This document shows, piece by piece, positions 22,482-34,108 of a stretch of DNA of 39,436 nt. Position 1 is the stretch's first letter, and every line of letters begins with the position of its first letter. The position numbers and the translations under genes are program-made. The stretch comes from Nemertoderma westbladi (Eukaryota; Animalia; Xenacoelomorpha), in contig JAUCBJ010005029.1 in the NCBI GenBank assembly GCA_032718475.1, positions 1-39,436 of the forward strand, written 5' to 3'. A model generated the notes under the pieces. It searched no databases, was not told the origin of the DNA, and saw nothing but the letters and a program-made list of their open reading frames with translations.

Positions 22482-23658
22482 CTGTTGCCATACTGTCTGT
22501 ACCGGTACTCTATATGGCAGATTTATATAGTATAATGTGTATTATTGTTGTAGCTAAAGTGAGGACAATTATTAACATCCAACACTATCATGGGGATTTT
22601 TTAGACACAGCGGGGACGTTAGTTAGATCCCACGTCGTAAAAAACGAGAGGATTACCCCTGAAGAGCTTTTCAGGTTATTTCCAATGGGGTCCTACTTGG
22701 TTACAAATACAGTACAATAACACAATACAGTATGTACACTACGCTAAACCTAAAATTAATATAAAATGTGAACAACTGAACGTGAACTGAACAACTTTAC
22801 CAAGAGCGTAACAATGCCCGACTCACGATTAAGATGTAACTATGTACTGTACGTAAAAGTACAATTTATAAAACGTAATTATACAGTATTAATAACCTAA
22901 TAACTTGATGTGGGCACCTTCCAATTTTTAATACCGCTAAAAAGTATCAGTTTCAAAAGATTTGCAATTATGGAGGTAAAAGACCACTGGCTCTTGTACT
23001 GTAGGAGTGTGTATCGCGCACTCTGTTGAATTTTTGTTTTATGAAATTGGGACACTTACTAACGTATTACCTACTATTGTACACTTATTTATTAACATAA
23101 GGGCGTAGCTGCTGGTAATTTGTTTGGTCAAGCGAAGCCGCCATACCAAGAAATGCATGTACGGTATAGTCCATGTGAGTCTGTATTAAGGAAGAGCAAA
23201 GCACCTTGTAATATTCGGTATTTAAACAGTTTTATGTCTGGACAGAAACTTTAGCCTACTATTAACTTTCGTAAAAATATTCTTCACTGTGATTTCTCCA
23301 GATAAGTACGTATAGTTATGTAGTTATCCAATGCGGCGCCTAAATATTAAACATCTTTTTTATTTTCTATGTTATATATGACGACCATAATGACTTCTAA
23401 CTTAGTTACCTTTTATAACTGTATAACTTTCATTTGGAACCAATAAAATTCACGTACCGGTCTGCCGGTGTAGTATAAAATTTCCACCCCCTAAAAATTA
23501 GTTTATTAAATTGTTTATAGTATTGTTGGTGCTGTCTGCTGTATGCCTGGTTGCAATTCTGAATTCAAAGACTGTTGACTTTCTGACTTTGTTTCAATTC
23601 ATAGCCTAGTTCTGTATGTTGCCGCATACCGGGACCGGCAGACCGGTAGAAGAAACAA

Positions 23659-24534
23659 ATGGCATTGTCCATTAAAACCTTAGCGTTACGTCCGACCAAG
23701 ACAGCACTCAATCGAAGATTAACCCGAACTTATGTGGCCAACGCCGCTGCCGAAACAGTGCAGGAAGCGAAACACCCGGCCCTACAACCGTTAAAACAAA
23801 TAAAAACATTTAGGGTCTACCGATTTGACCCGGAGCAGAAAGGAAGTAAACCGCGGATGCAGAACTACGAGATAGACCTTGGGGAGTGCGGACCCATGGT
23901 GCTGGACGCCTTGATAAAGATAAAAAACGAAGTGGATCCGACGCTGACATTCCGTCGCTCCTGTAGAGAGGGGATCTGCGGTTCCTGCTCAATGAACATC
24001 AATGGAACCAACACGCTCGCTTGTCTATCCCGCATCGAGGTCGACAGAAAACCAACCAAGGTATACCCTCTGCCCCACATGTACGTCGTCAAGGATTTAG
24101 TGTCGGACATGTCGAACTTTTACGCGCAATACCGCTCGATCGAGCCATTCCTTAAGACGAAGGATTCCGTTGAGGTCGGTGTCTCTCAGCACAAACAATC
24201 GATTGCGGATAGAGAGAAGTTGGACGGGTTGTACGAGTGCATTCTGTGCGCGTGTTGTTCCACTAGTTGCCCCAGTTACTGGTGGAACAGCGACAAGTAC
24301 CTGGGTCCCGCGGTGATCATGCAGGCCTACCGTTGGTTGGTTGATAGTCGGGACGACTACAAGCAGGAGCGGTTAGACGCACTCGGTGACGCTTTCAGTG
24401 TGTTCAGCTGCCACACTATTATGAATTGCACTAGAGTCTGTCCTAAAGGGTTGAACCCGGGGAAGGCGATTGCCGAGGTGAAGAAGATGTTAGTTGGTGC
24501 GGAAGAATCGAAGGGGGTTAAAGGGACAGGGTAG
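23659..24534 (+). CDS. SDHB: Succinate dehydrogenase iron-sulfur subunit, mitochondrial; single coding exon
   Basis: R/K/T-rich presequence; CREGICGSC...[18 protein letters not shown] and [12 protein letters not shown] cluster motifs all intact. Confidence 0.98.
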   Translation: MALSIKTLALRPTKTALNRRLTRTYVANAAAETVQEAKHPALQPLKQIKTFRVYRFDPEQKGSKPRMQNYEIDLGECGPMVLDALIKIKNEVDPTLTFRRSCREGICGSCSMNINGTNTLACLSRIEVDRKPTKVYPLPHMYVVKDLVSDMSNFYAQYRSIEPFLKTKDSVEVGVSQHKQSIADREKLDGLYECILCACCSTSCPSYWWNSDKYLGPAVIMQAYRWLVDSRDDYKQERLDALGDAFSVFSCHTIMNCTRVCPKGLNPGKAIAEVKKMLVGAEESKGVKGTG

Positions 24535-24944
24535 TCAGTGGGTAGCTGGGTGGTCGATGTTAACTCTATTGCTATGTAAGTACGTCAGTAGGTATCTATA
24601 AATTTAGTTTTAAGTTCAACTTTGTATGTTTATTAGTTTATTAGAATTAATATAATTTGCTCTTTATTATTTCATTTTATTATAAAATTTGTATTCAGCA
24701 AATTTCATTTTCTAACGCGATGATTTTATTTTCGAGTATTGCTTTTAATTAATTTGTCTTAAATTTCATGCCCTCTATGTAAGATTGTTTAGGATGTGCC
24801 CCCACTAAATAAAAAAACAAAATTTACTCAATACGACATTTAAAAATAGTTTGGACGAGCTCTAGAAGATGTCAATGTATTTATTAATCTAATATATACA
24901 ATCTTACAGACCCGGGATGGGCGGCTTCTTTTGGTTATTCTGAA

Positions 24945-25130
24945 GGAGGGGTAGCTCAATAGGTTTTGAGAACCGGGCCTGCAATCTATTGGTTGTAGGT
25001 TCGAGCCCTGCTAGGGTCCACTCAGCATTTCATCCACTGGGGTAGATGATATGAGTACCCAGTTGAATTACAGGGAGCAAAACTTGGGATAGGAGCTACC
25101 TCCGGTCGACTGTTGGCTTGCTTTTACTTT
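24945..25130 (+). mobile_element. SINE family A copy with deleted tail
   Basis: Matches 25450-25600; B box GGTTCGAGCCC; the tail is collapsed after GGGATAGGAG. Confidence 0.85.
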
Positions 25131-25449
25131 TTCTTCAATTTTTATTTAGTTCCAACTGCAGTATAGACCCGGCTATGTGAGCTAGAGAGGTGGCCGGTGT
25201 AGACAGTGCGGCTCAATGCGACTGAGATGCCGCCATTTGTTAGAATTGTGGGTTGTGTGGCCTGTGAGTGTTACCACCTGAAAACTTAAAAGAAAAAATT
25301 AGTTCAACAAATTTTAAAAAAGTTCAACAAATTTTATTTAACAAATTTGTTATGGCACTTACTGGGTACTTATAAAATTATTGTTTCTAAGTTTTGTGAC
25401 ATGAGTTTCCTCCCCAGGGGAAAATTGATTACTGTCAAACTGTCAAAAA

Positions 25450-25687
25450 GGGCGGGGTAGCTCAGTTGGTTGAGCGCCGGGCCTGCAATCTATTGGTTGT
25501 AGGTTCAGCCCCGCCAGGGTCCACTCAGCCTTTCATCCACTGGGGTCGATAAAATGAGTACCAGTTAAATAACTGGGAGCAAATCTTGGGATAGGAGTAG
25601 CGCCCACCCCTACCCTCGGGTAGCAGCTTTCGAAAGAGGAGCCTTCGGGTCGCCTCCGGCTTCGGCCGACTGTTTGTTTTTTTTTAC
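25450..25687 (+). mobile_element. tRNA-derived SINE family A, full length
   Basis: A box TAGCTCAGTTGG, Cys-like CTGCAAT loop, core ACTCAGCCTTTCATCC...GGTCGATAAAATGAGTACC (resembles the MetaSINE core as I recall it; unverified), structured tail and T-rich end. Three copies in the window. Confidence 0.88.
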
Positions 25688-26955
25688 TCTCAAAAATAAA
25701 ACTGTAACCTGTTCTATTTATGACTTTCGTTTATTGTATTGGTTAGAAACGGTGCCACTATAAAAACCTTCTCAGTTCCCTTAATTGAGACGAGGTATTA
25801 ATTCGCCGAGAAGTAATTTGCGTATCTTAACCACTTATCTCATAACACAGTAGGCCAGTATTAGTATTTAAATTTGAGTTAATTCACAATCCTGATACGA
25901 TAATTTAGTCCCCATTGCCTTGAATACGTAGCTCTGGCTCTAGAGGTTGTGTGTTCAAGCCCTGCAACTGGGTCAGGGAAGGTTTCATTTCAGCACGAAT
26001 GCTTTACAAAAATCGTTCTTTTTGTTTCTATGACTTTTGTAAACTCGTTCGAACGATTTTACAAAACGCAAAAAAAATTTCTGGCACGGTACGGTACCGC
26101 GAATAACAAAAATAAAACTCTAACCTGTTCTATTGACTTTAGTTTATTGTTTTGGTTAGAATAACGTGCGACTGTAACCTGTTCCTTTCTCTATAAACTT
26201 AAAGGGACCTAACAGGCCCGAGCCACAATCCAGATAATCGACCTATAGCCGAAACATAAACAAGTGAAATTCAAATTACTCGCGGGGGCCATTCAGCAAT
26301 TAAATATGTAGGCCTGCTCAAATGAAGTATTGATTGATTGATACTTTTAATTCATAAAATATATAAAACAAAACAAAAATACATAAGGAAGCCTATCTAG
26401 GTGAAAAGGGTAGCCCTATGAGGCAGTGCCTTGTCATAGGGGTCATAATCCTAATGTAATAATGTAGATACAGTAGCTGTGTACTAAGGTTCAGAAATTG
26501 TTTTTTTTTACATGAAGATACACCCCCAGTCGGGGTTGAGATAAATTCTAATATTGGTAATAGGTATGTACGGTAGGTAGAATGTAGTTCAGATTACGTA
26601 CCCGCACAGTAAATCATAATTATACTAATAGTTTAAGGTAAAATATTATATGAAAATTATTATAATTAAAAGCTAGTAAAATGCACACAGTTATTAATTA
26701 TGGTAATAAATAAGGCGATGCTATTAGATAATTATTAAGAATTGTAGAATTTAATTGCATAGCAGGATAATTAGTGGCGCCTCAAATTAGAGATATAAAT
26801 TTAATTTAGGAGATTAAATAGGCCTAACTATGAAAGATATATAGTTCACATCCTAAGAAAATTATAATTAACTGGGTATTATATTGTAAGTAGTAAAATA
26901 AAGCTTTGGGTAATTCTAATAAGGAGGGAGGGGAGGGGGGCGAGTGGGGGGGGGG

Positions 26956-27433
26956 CTGTATGGAATCCATCCAAAAAGTGCGCCTGACAGCGCGCCAACC
27001 AATTTTTATGCGCGCCGCGCGCCGATGCAATTTCGAAGCGCCCAAAGAAATTTTTAAGCGCGCCGCACATAGAAACAATTTTGAAGAGCGCCGCGCCAAT
27101 GCAATTTCAATTTTGAAGGAGTATAACCAGTCTGCCAATGGCAGGACTGCTGTACCTGTCCCTGTACAGCAGTAACCATACAACAGAAAAAAGAAAGACG
27201 AGCGAAGCGAGCCGAAATTTTTAAATAGCTAATCCTAATGCATTTTTTAAGGCACTTCCGTGATTGTTAAACCAACAAATCGGCGCCGGTTTTTATTTCT
27301 GGGAGCGCCACGCGCCAAAGACGGTGCGCTTTACGATTTTCGTGCGCGCCACGCGCCACATTGTAATCGTGTCGCGCTTTTATTGTAAAGCGCGCCGGAT
27401 TAATCCGGCGCAAAGTGTATGGATTCCAGTCTG
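26956..27433. mobile_element. Probable hAT-like MITE with GCGCC-rich subterminal repeats, inserted in a poly-G tract
   Basis: Ends CTGTATGGAATCCAT... and ...ATGGATTCCAGTCTG with G runs on both sides; TIRs degenerate. Confidence 0.5.
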
Positions 27434-28517
27434 GGGGGGGGGGGGCGGTGTGTTGGGAAGGGAGCTGGTAGTAGTTTCGCTAGGTCGTGTAATGGGGAAA
27501 CTTTTGTGCATGATTGTGCGTGGTATCGGTCCTCGCATGGATTTTTACAGTAGGTACAGGAGCAGTCAGAACGGAGTCTTGTTTGAGCAAAGTAAGTGGT
27601 GAAAACCGTGGGAGGTGAATCTGGTAATGGTGTGTCTGTATGTCTGTCCCGCGCGTTTCCGTGTTGTTGATGTAAAAGCTGGACCAGGGATGGGGTAGTT
27701 GGCTCCAAAAATTGATTCTCTGTCTCTCCGATGGGTTCAGAAATATGTAGTTCCAGTAAAATAATATTCCTATAGTAAAATAAAGTAAAAATATACCAGT
27801 AAAAAATATTAAGGTAAAAATATAATTGTATTCATATATTGCTGTATTCATATACTGTAGTAAAATAAAGTAAAAATATAACAGTAAAATATATTAAGGT
27901 AATTGTGTATACAGTAGTTGTGTTTCTTGTAAGACAAGATTAAGATTCGTAACATAATGATTTACAATAGTCAAACAATAACTTCTGATAAAAAGTTGGA
28001 CAACAGATTAAAATAATTGCAGCAATAATCTAAAATGGAAATGGTTTATGATAATTAAAATTAATAACGAACCTGCCTATTAATAGGCCTGGGTAGTTCT
28101 TGTCAAGAGTTGAGCCGTTCAAAAACACGATGTGGTTGTGTGTGTATGTATATATGTATAACCATCCAATATCTCAAAATCTCAAGCAGCTGTACCCAAA
28201 AATTTTAATACAAACTCTACATAAATTTTGGTTGCGCACAAGACTGTATATTTTTTGTGGCATTTCGATCACGGGGTCACTGAAAAATGGCGGTTTTGAA
28301 AATTTAAAGTCGTATTTCACCGATTTCAACTCGTCGAGTATGCACCAACTTTTTTATTTGGGCTATTCAGTCATTTGAGCAACATATATGAGCCTCAGAA
28401 TCTTTTCAAATATCGCCAATTTCGCACAGAACGTCGCCAAAGTTTGTTAGTCCGGCAAAAAAAACGCACTAATTCGTCTAAAAGAGTAAATTATTGGTTG
28501 AAGAATAATATGATTCA

Positions 28518-29133
28518 ACTAGAAAGGCCAGTAAGCTGGCGGCTGGGTATAAGGACACCGTCCATAGACAAACGTAGTGTTAGTTGGGTCCCTCCTCATT
28601 CATTATCATCAACCTATAAAACATTTGAACGGCCCAGTGCTTACAATTCCATCAGCTGGCCTACCATCTAAGCTGTCGGGTTGATACATTATACAAACTA
28701 GAGACAATGGCGCGGATTGACCGCAAACACAAAATAAATTTTAGTGGGTTTGAAAAATTAATTTAATTTAATAAAAACATTAAGGGAAAGGAGCAGGTTA
28801 ACGTGGCAGTATTTTCTAACCAAAACAGTAAACTATACATTATTTCACTTGCGGTCAATTTTTGACACGATTTTCGCTTGCGGTCAAAGTGCACCACTAT
28901 CTGACAAACTAACAGTTGATGTTGGATTACTGTCTGGGATAAAATGAGAGAGTAATAAATTTAGCAAGTAATATACTTCTGTACAGTTTGGGCCTATCCA
29001 TTCAATAAATAGTAGTAGCTAACTAGGCCCACATGAGTACCAACAGCTGCAGCTGGTGTTTCTATCGTTGGGTTATACGTTGGCTGGTTTGAGGGGCAGG
29101 TTTCGTTTAAAGCCAGCTTGCTGGCTTTCTAGT
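28518..29133. mobile_element. Element with Helitron-like hairpin+CTAG ends at both termini
   Basis: ACTAGAAAGGCCAGTAAGCTGGC ... GCCAGCTTGCTGGCTTTCTAGT. Confidence 0.55.
28701..28903. mobile_element. hAT-type MITE with 8-bp TSD
   Basis: TSD ACAAACTA (28693-28700, 28904-28911); degenerate TIRs containing TTGACCGCAA. Confidence 0.8.
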
Positions 29134-29529
29134 AAGTTATATGGTCAGGGAACCAATTAAGACGAGTTACATGAATGAATTATTGTGCTGAGCTGATGTT
29201 TAAGCTACCCGTAGCTAAAGAATGGTCCGTTTAATCTGAAATCTGATTATGTAATTTATTTAGCCCTATTTATTTGGCTTTATTTACTGTACTTTATTTC
29301 ATTTTATAACTAGCAGACTAGAACCTATTGTACGTATACCGTTACTGGAGGCTGGCTATATTCAGATATTAGGCTGGTAGGTACCCAGATTGCCAGATAC
29401 CTCTATAGGGGCTGTTGCGCTGTCAGTCAGAGAGGTAACAGCCCATGGGGCGCTAACTATCAGATAGTCTGATACCAACTGTCAGACAGTCTTTTTCAAC
29501 TATCTATCTATCGGATCGCCCAGTCTGCC

Positions 29530-31656
29530 ACAAGTCCCTAAAAGGTGCCACCCTGCTCCATAGCGCGGGAAATTCAAATGATTGAAAGACATGTAATTTA
29601 TACTGGAAAGGGTGGCAGATCAGATCTGCCACCTATATTTTGGCGGTAAATTCAAATCTGTTTTAACATTGAATACCGGTACATGAATAGGCCTAGAGTA
29701 AGACTAATGTAATTCATTGAATTAGAATAAATTATTTCTAATCGGTTTAATTCACTCATCCGTTATTGTTGTTGTTTCATCTATTCTGGATGGAATTGTG
29801 ATGGAAATATGATAATTCTGTAATTTGAATCAACCGCCAAAAATATATAAATTCACTGCGCCTTTCTATCACCTATCCACTTGAAATCTACTGTTCGCGC
29901 TTTCAGACCTTTGGCAGTTTAACCCACCAAATTAAGATGTCTTCTAGATATTAAATCTGTTTTTAGTCTATGACAAGTATTTGATTCACTACACTAGTCG
30001 AAACCAATCCGTGCGCGACCATTCACCCGCTGGATATTCCCGGGAGATTGGGTTCGACGGTTTAATTTTGTTGCTATGTAAGCCTAATGTATTATTCGAC
30101 TGACAGTATTATATAATCTCTGACAATATTATTTACCTTCGGGAATATTAACAGTTCCTTTAGGACGTGGCGCTTTACCTATATAAACAGAGTTATGACT
30201 TAAACTACTCACAACGATATGGCTTAATTATAATTCACATATATGGCGCATTCTTTAGGAATTGCTTCTTTAACAGACTCACTCATACACAATGCTGCAC
30301 AATACTGCACACTAATCTGCCAATCTTCACTGATTTTAGTCACATATAAAAGGAACACAGGCTGACTCATGTAGGGTCTATCAAATAACATTAGATTCAC
30401 TTCAAACCACTTTAACATAAGTCACAATCGTTTATCTGTAACCCTTCTCTCTTACCTTCGGTATATCAAGAACATTGGGTTTCGGGGTTGTTTATCGTTA
30501 TTCCAAATATAATAATTCATCAACCATATTATGAAGAACTGACGGTAAATAGCAGTATAAAATAACTACTGAACACTGATTGTTATGAGTTTGCAATGTT
30601 TCAGCAGTCAGCATGTATGATCATCAGTCAGCAGTAGTCGTTAGGTATGTTAAATTGCAGTTAAAGGATATATGCCCTTTATAATTAAACCTACTAGTGT
30701 ACGACTAAAACAGTAAAGCACAAAATACTTCCAAGCCGTTCTTTCTTTGGCTCAAGACTGAATGTAAACACTGCACATAGGCATTGCGTCATTTCTCGGA
30801 AATTTTCTGTACAAGGAGCCACAAAAACGCTCTCATTGGCTGACTGAACTGAGAGACGCCGTAGAACAAAGGAAATCAACACGTATGAATGTCAGCTGTT
30901 AACCGTAGTCATAGTAACTACTGTTCAAGAGTAGCTATCACCCTTTTGCGTCACGAATTGCCATAGAATCATAAAATATGCCTTTCACAGTACACATACG
31001 GAGGAAATAGGTCTTAGATCCTCTAAAAACACCGATACAGCAATAATACGGTCTCTTACACTTATTAAATCAACTACAGAGTATTTTAATGTAAAAGATA
31101 ATAAAAATAACGGGGCAATTCAGCAAAGGCTTTTACATCTACTATTAATATACTAGGTATAAGTGTATAATTGTTAATTGGTTATGATTATTATGTTCTA
31201 TACTTTACTGAGATAGAAGTTAATCCAAATCCCCCGACCCCACCCCCCCCCCCCCCCCCCCCCCCCCTCAAATTTTCAATTTTGCTCGATGTCCCATTCT
31301 AGTTAACCAGTCAGCTTAGTTGTTCACCAGTTCACGTGCTGATCGAAGTCCCAGACTAGTTAACAAGTCAGCTTAGTTGTTCACGTGCTGCTCGAAGCCC
31401 CAGAATAGATAAAACTACAACAATAACGGATGAGTGAATTAAACCGATAAGAAATTATTTATTCCTGTATTCTGATTCAATGAATTACATACGTCTTACT
31501 TAATTCATGTATTCAATGTTGAAACAGATTTGAATTTACCGCCAAAATATTGGTGGCAGATCAGATCTGCCACCCTTTCCAGCACAAATTACATTTCTTT
31601 CAATCATTTGAATTTCCCGCGCTATGGAGCAGGGTGGCACCCTTTTAGGGACTTGT
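29530..31656. mobile_element. Long-TIR non-autonomous DNA transposon (MULE-like), copy 1
   Basis: TIR ACAAGTCCCTAAAAGGTGCCACCCTGCTCC... of about 250 bp; 10-bp TSD CCAGTCTGCC (29520-29529, 31657-31666). Confidence 0.88.
29892..31137. mobile_element. Solo-LTR-like insertion (TGT...ACA), copy 1
   Basis: 5-bp TSD TCTAC (29887-29891, 31138-31142); homologous to 34109-35298. Confidence 0.75.
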
Positions 31657-33064
31657 CCAGTCTGCCAGTTACAAGTGGCCCTCCCTCAGTTGTAGTTTTT
31701 AAACCCCAGGTGTTGTTGACCAGTTGACGGAGTCTGTTATTTGCGAAATCGTTGATCGTGGTGCCGTGCCGGAATTCTGGCTTTGATTAAAAACACCGAA
31801 CTGCTGAATGATGGCGGAATCCTGGAATCTACGAAACCCGGCCGGATTCCTAATCCGAGGAGGCGACGGAGTCAATTAAACGTAAACAATGAAACGATCG
31901 CGATGGACAATGGAGTCTATTCAATGTATCCCTGTATCCAGAACGATACGATGGCGACGGAGTCTATTGCAGTATTAAACACGCAACCAAAGCGATCAGA
32001 CGATGGCGAAGTAATCTACAAAACAGAGAACGACAGGAAGGCGATGGAGTTTATTAAACCCAGTAAGATGGTGCATAGCGAAGCGATCGAGACGGATAAC
32101 GGAGTCTATTACAGTATTAAACCAGGAACGAAGACGGTGGAATTTACAGGTCTATAGGCCTAAACCTGGAACAATGCGAAACAAGGCAACTGTAAAGTTA
32201 GACTAGACTGGTTTGTGAGATTAACTTCCCAATACTAACTCAATAAAATTTGCTTTCTTCGAATTCCTAATAATATATTTTAATCTTAATAATAATTATT
32301 CAACATCAATTAGGCCTATTTTATAAGTCTTGCCAAGGTATAAGATTGCTAAAGGACTAAAGAGCTATAACTGCCTTATATTTTTAGAATTATTATAGTT
32401 AATATTGTTATGTTTATAATTAATTGTATCTTTTGACAGTACTTTATGCGCGACCGTGATAATGAAATTAAATGGTGCCGAAATATTTTCACTTAACTGC
32501 AGGTAGGGGGGGGGGGGGGGGGGGGGCAATAAATATTCTTCCCTCTCCAGGTGAAAATCGACGCAAATAACAGCTTGTTTACTACGAAAATAAAAATGCC
32601 TCCTGTTCTATAGGAAAAAACATTATAGTGGAAATTTTAGCAAGTTGTGTTTATTTTAGCAGATAGACAAGATTGCATGTTTACCAAGTTTGGTATAATT
32701 TAGTCAAAGATTGAATAAGTTACGATTTTAAATTATCAGTGGAGCTGTGGAGGGTGAAGGCGGCGGGCCAGGATTCAGTTATACTTGAATAAAGAATAGC
32801 GATTAAACCAAGGGATACGCGATATATGACTGCTGTATAAGTTCATTGAATGACTGTTGATTTCGAAACATTTAATTCAAAACTATATAAATGTTAATAT
32901 AATTTTGGATTTTTTTTGTAATAATTAACAGATGAATTATATTTCATTAATTTATTTTTTTATCTAATCACATTATTAAATAACGAAGCACGGAAATAAT
33001 ACTAAGATTGAATATTGAATTGAAGGTACAGTACCGAATTGAATATTTGAGATTGCATAAGATA

Positions 33065-33508
33065 GAGTATTGAATATTGAATATCTTCGGCCATCATCCC
33101 GTTCCCGTTAGTGACTCCATTCAGCCATTGGCAACTATTTTGAAAGTTTCGATTGGTTTCGTTTTGACTCTTCAGTCCCCGAATAGACCGATGGTCGGCG
33201 CGGTTGCTGTCCCCATGACTGAGGCTGCATTACCAACCAAAATTGCCATCTCCAGGCGCTGGAGCAGAAACTGGTGTGACCACGGTTCGTGGGTGGCACT
33301 GTGGAGACGAGCCCCGATCTCCCTGAGGAAGGTGGATGTCTCTGGATCGGGCGGCCAAAGGTCTCAAAGGCCACGGTGCACGGGGTGAAAGAAATGGCCC
33401 CGGTCCATTAGGTTGCGATACTTAGAGTTTTTAATGCGCTCCGCCCCCTCAGCTGAGTGCCCCCCGGCAATGATGGTTTGTTGAAGGTGGCTGGGGGCCA
33501 GTGGATCT
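33065..33508 (-). mobile_element. CRE-clade (restriction-like endonuclease) non-LTR retrotransposon 3' fragment
   Basis: With frameshifts it reads DPLAPSHL...AERIKNSKYRNL...VAFETFG...FLREIGARL...FLLQRLEMAILVGNAASVMGT, the CRE C-terminal pattern; short 3' UTR ending in ATATTCA repeats. Confidence 0.8.
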
Positions 33509-34108
33509 AGTAATAATTATCGCAAAGATATGATTAGGTAGGCCTACGTGATATTAGTTTCTCAAACCAAACCTATCCATCCATTGACGTCCAAATATAT
33601 CCAATTTCTCAATCCATACTAATCAGTATGTATTAATGTACGTACGGTACACTGTAATGCAATAATGCTGTAATGTCAATGTCCAACCAAACAATGCGTT
33701 GAGTGTTATCCAACCAGCCTCCGACAGTCCGAGAAATGTTAGGCTAACGGCACCTCACTCTGTCAAATCCATTAGTGGATGATATAGAATCAGCATCCGT
33801 GCAACTCCTGAACTCAGGCGAGCATTTTACAGATGGTGGTCTAATTTATATGGTCTTGTACCGCGAAACCGTGTATTATTTACAGATGTAGGCTAAATTT
33901 CGGGTCTTGTACCGTGCACAGTACTGGACAAGTCCCTAAAAGGTGCCACCCTGCTCCATAGCGCGGGAAATTCAAATGATTGAAAGACATGTTATTTGTA
34001 CTGGAAAGGGTGGCAGATCAGATCTGCCACCTATTGGCGGTAAATTCAAATCTGTTTTAACATTGAATACATGAATAGAGTAAGACCAATCTGCCAATGT
34101 AATTCATT

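Noticed and set aside
25450-25525. tRNA-Cys gene
   Set aside because: Stems do not pair properly and it continues into a SINE body present in several copies.
31783-32157. 124-aa ORF as a gene
   Set aside because: TTG start, no recognisable domain, and built from frame-inconsistent repeats.
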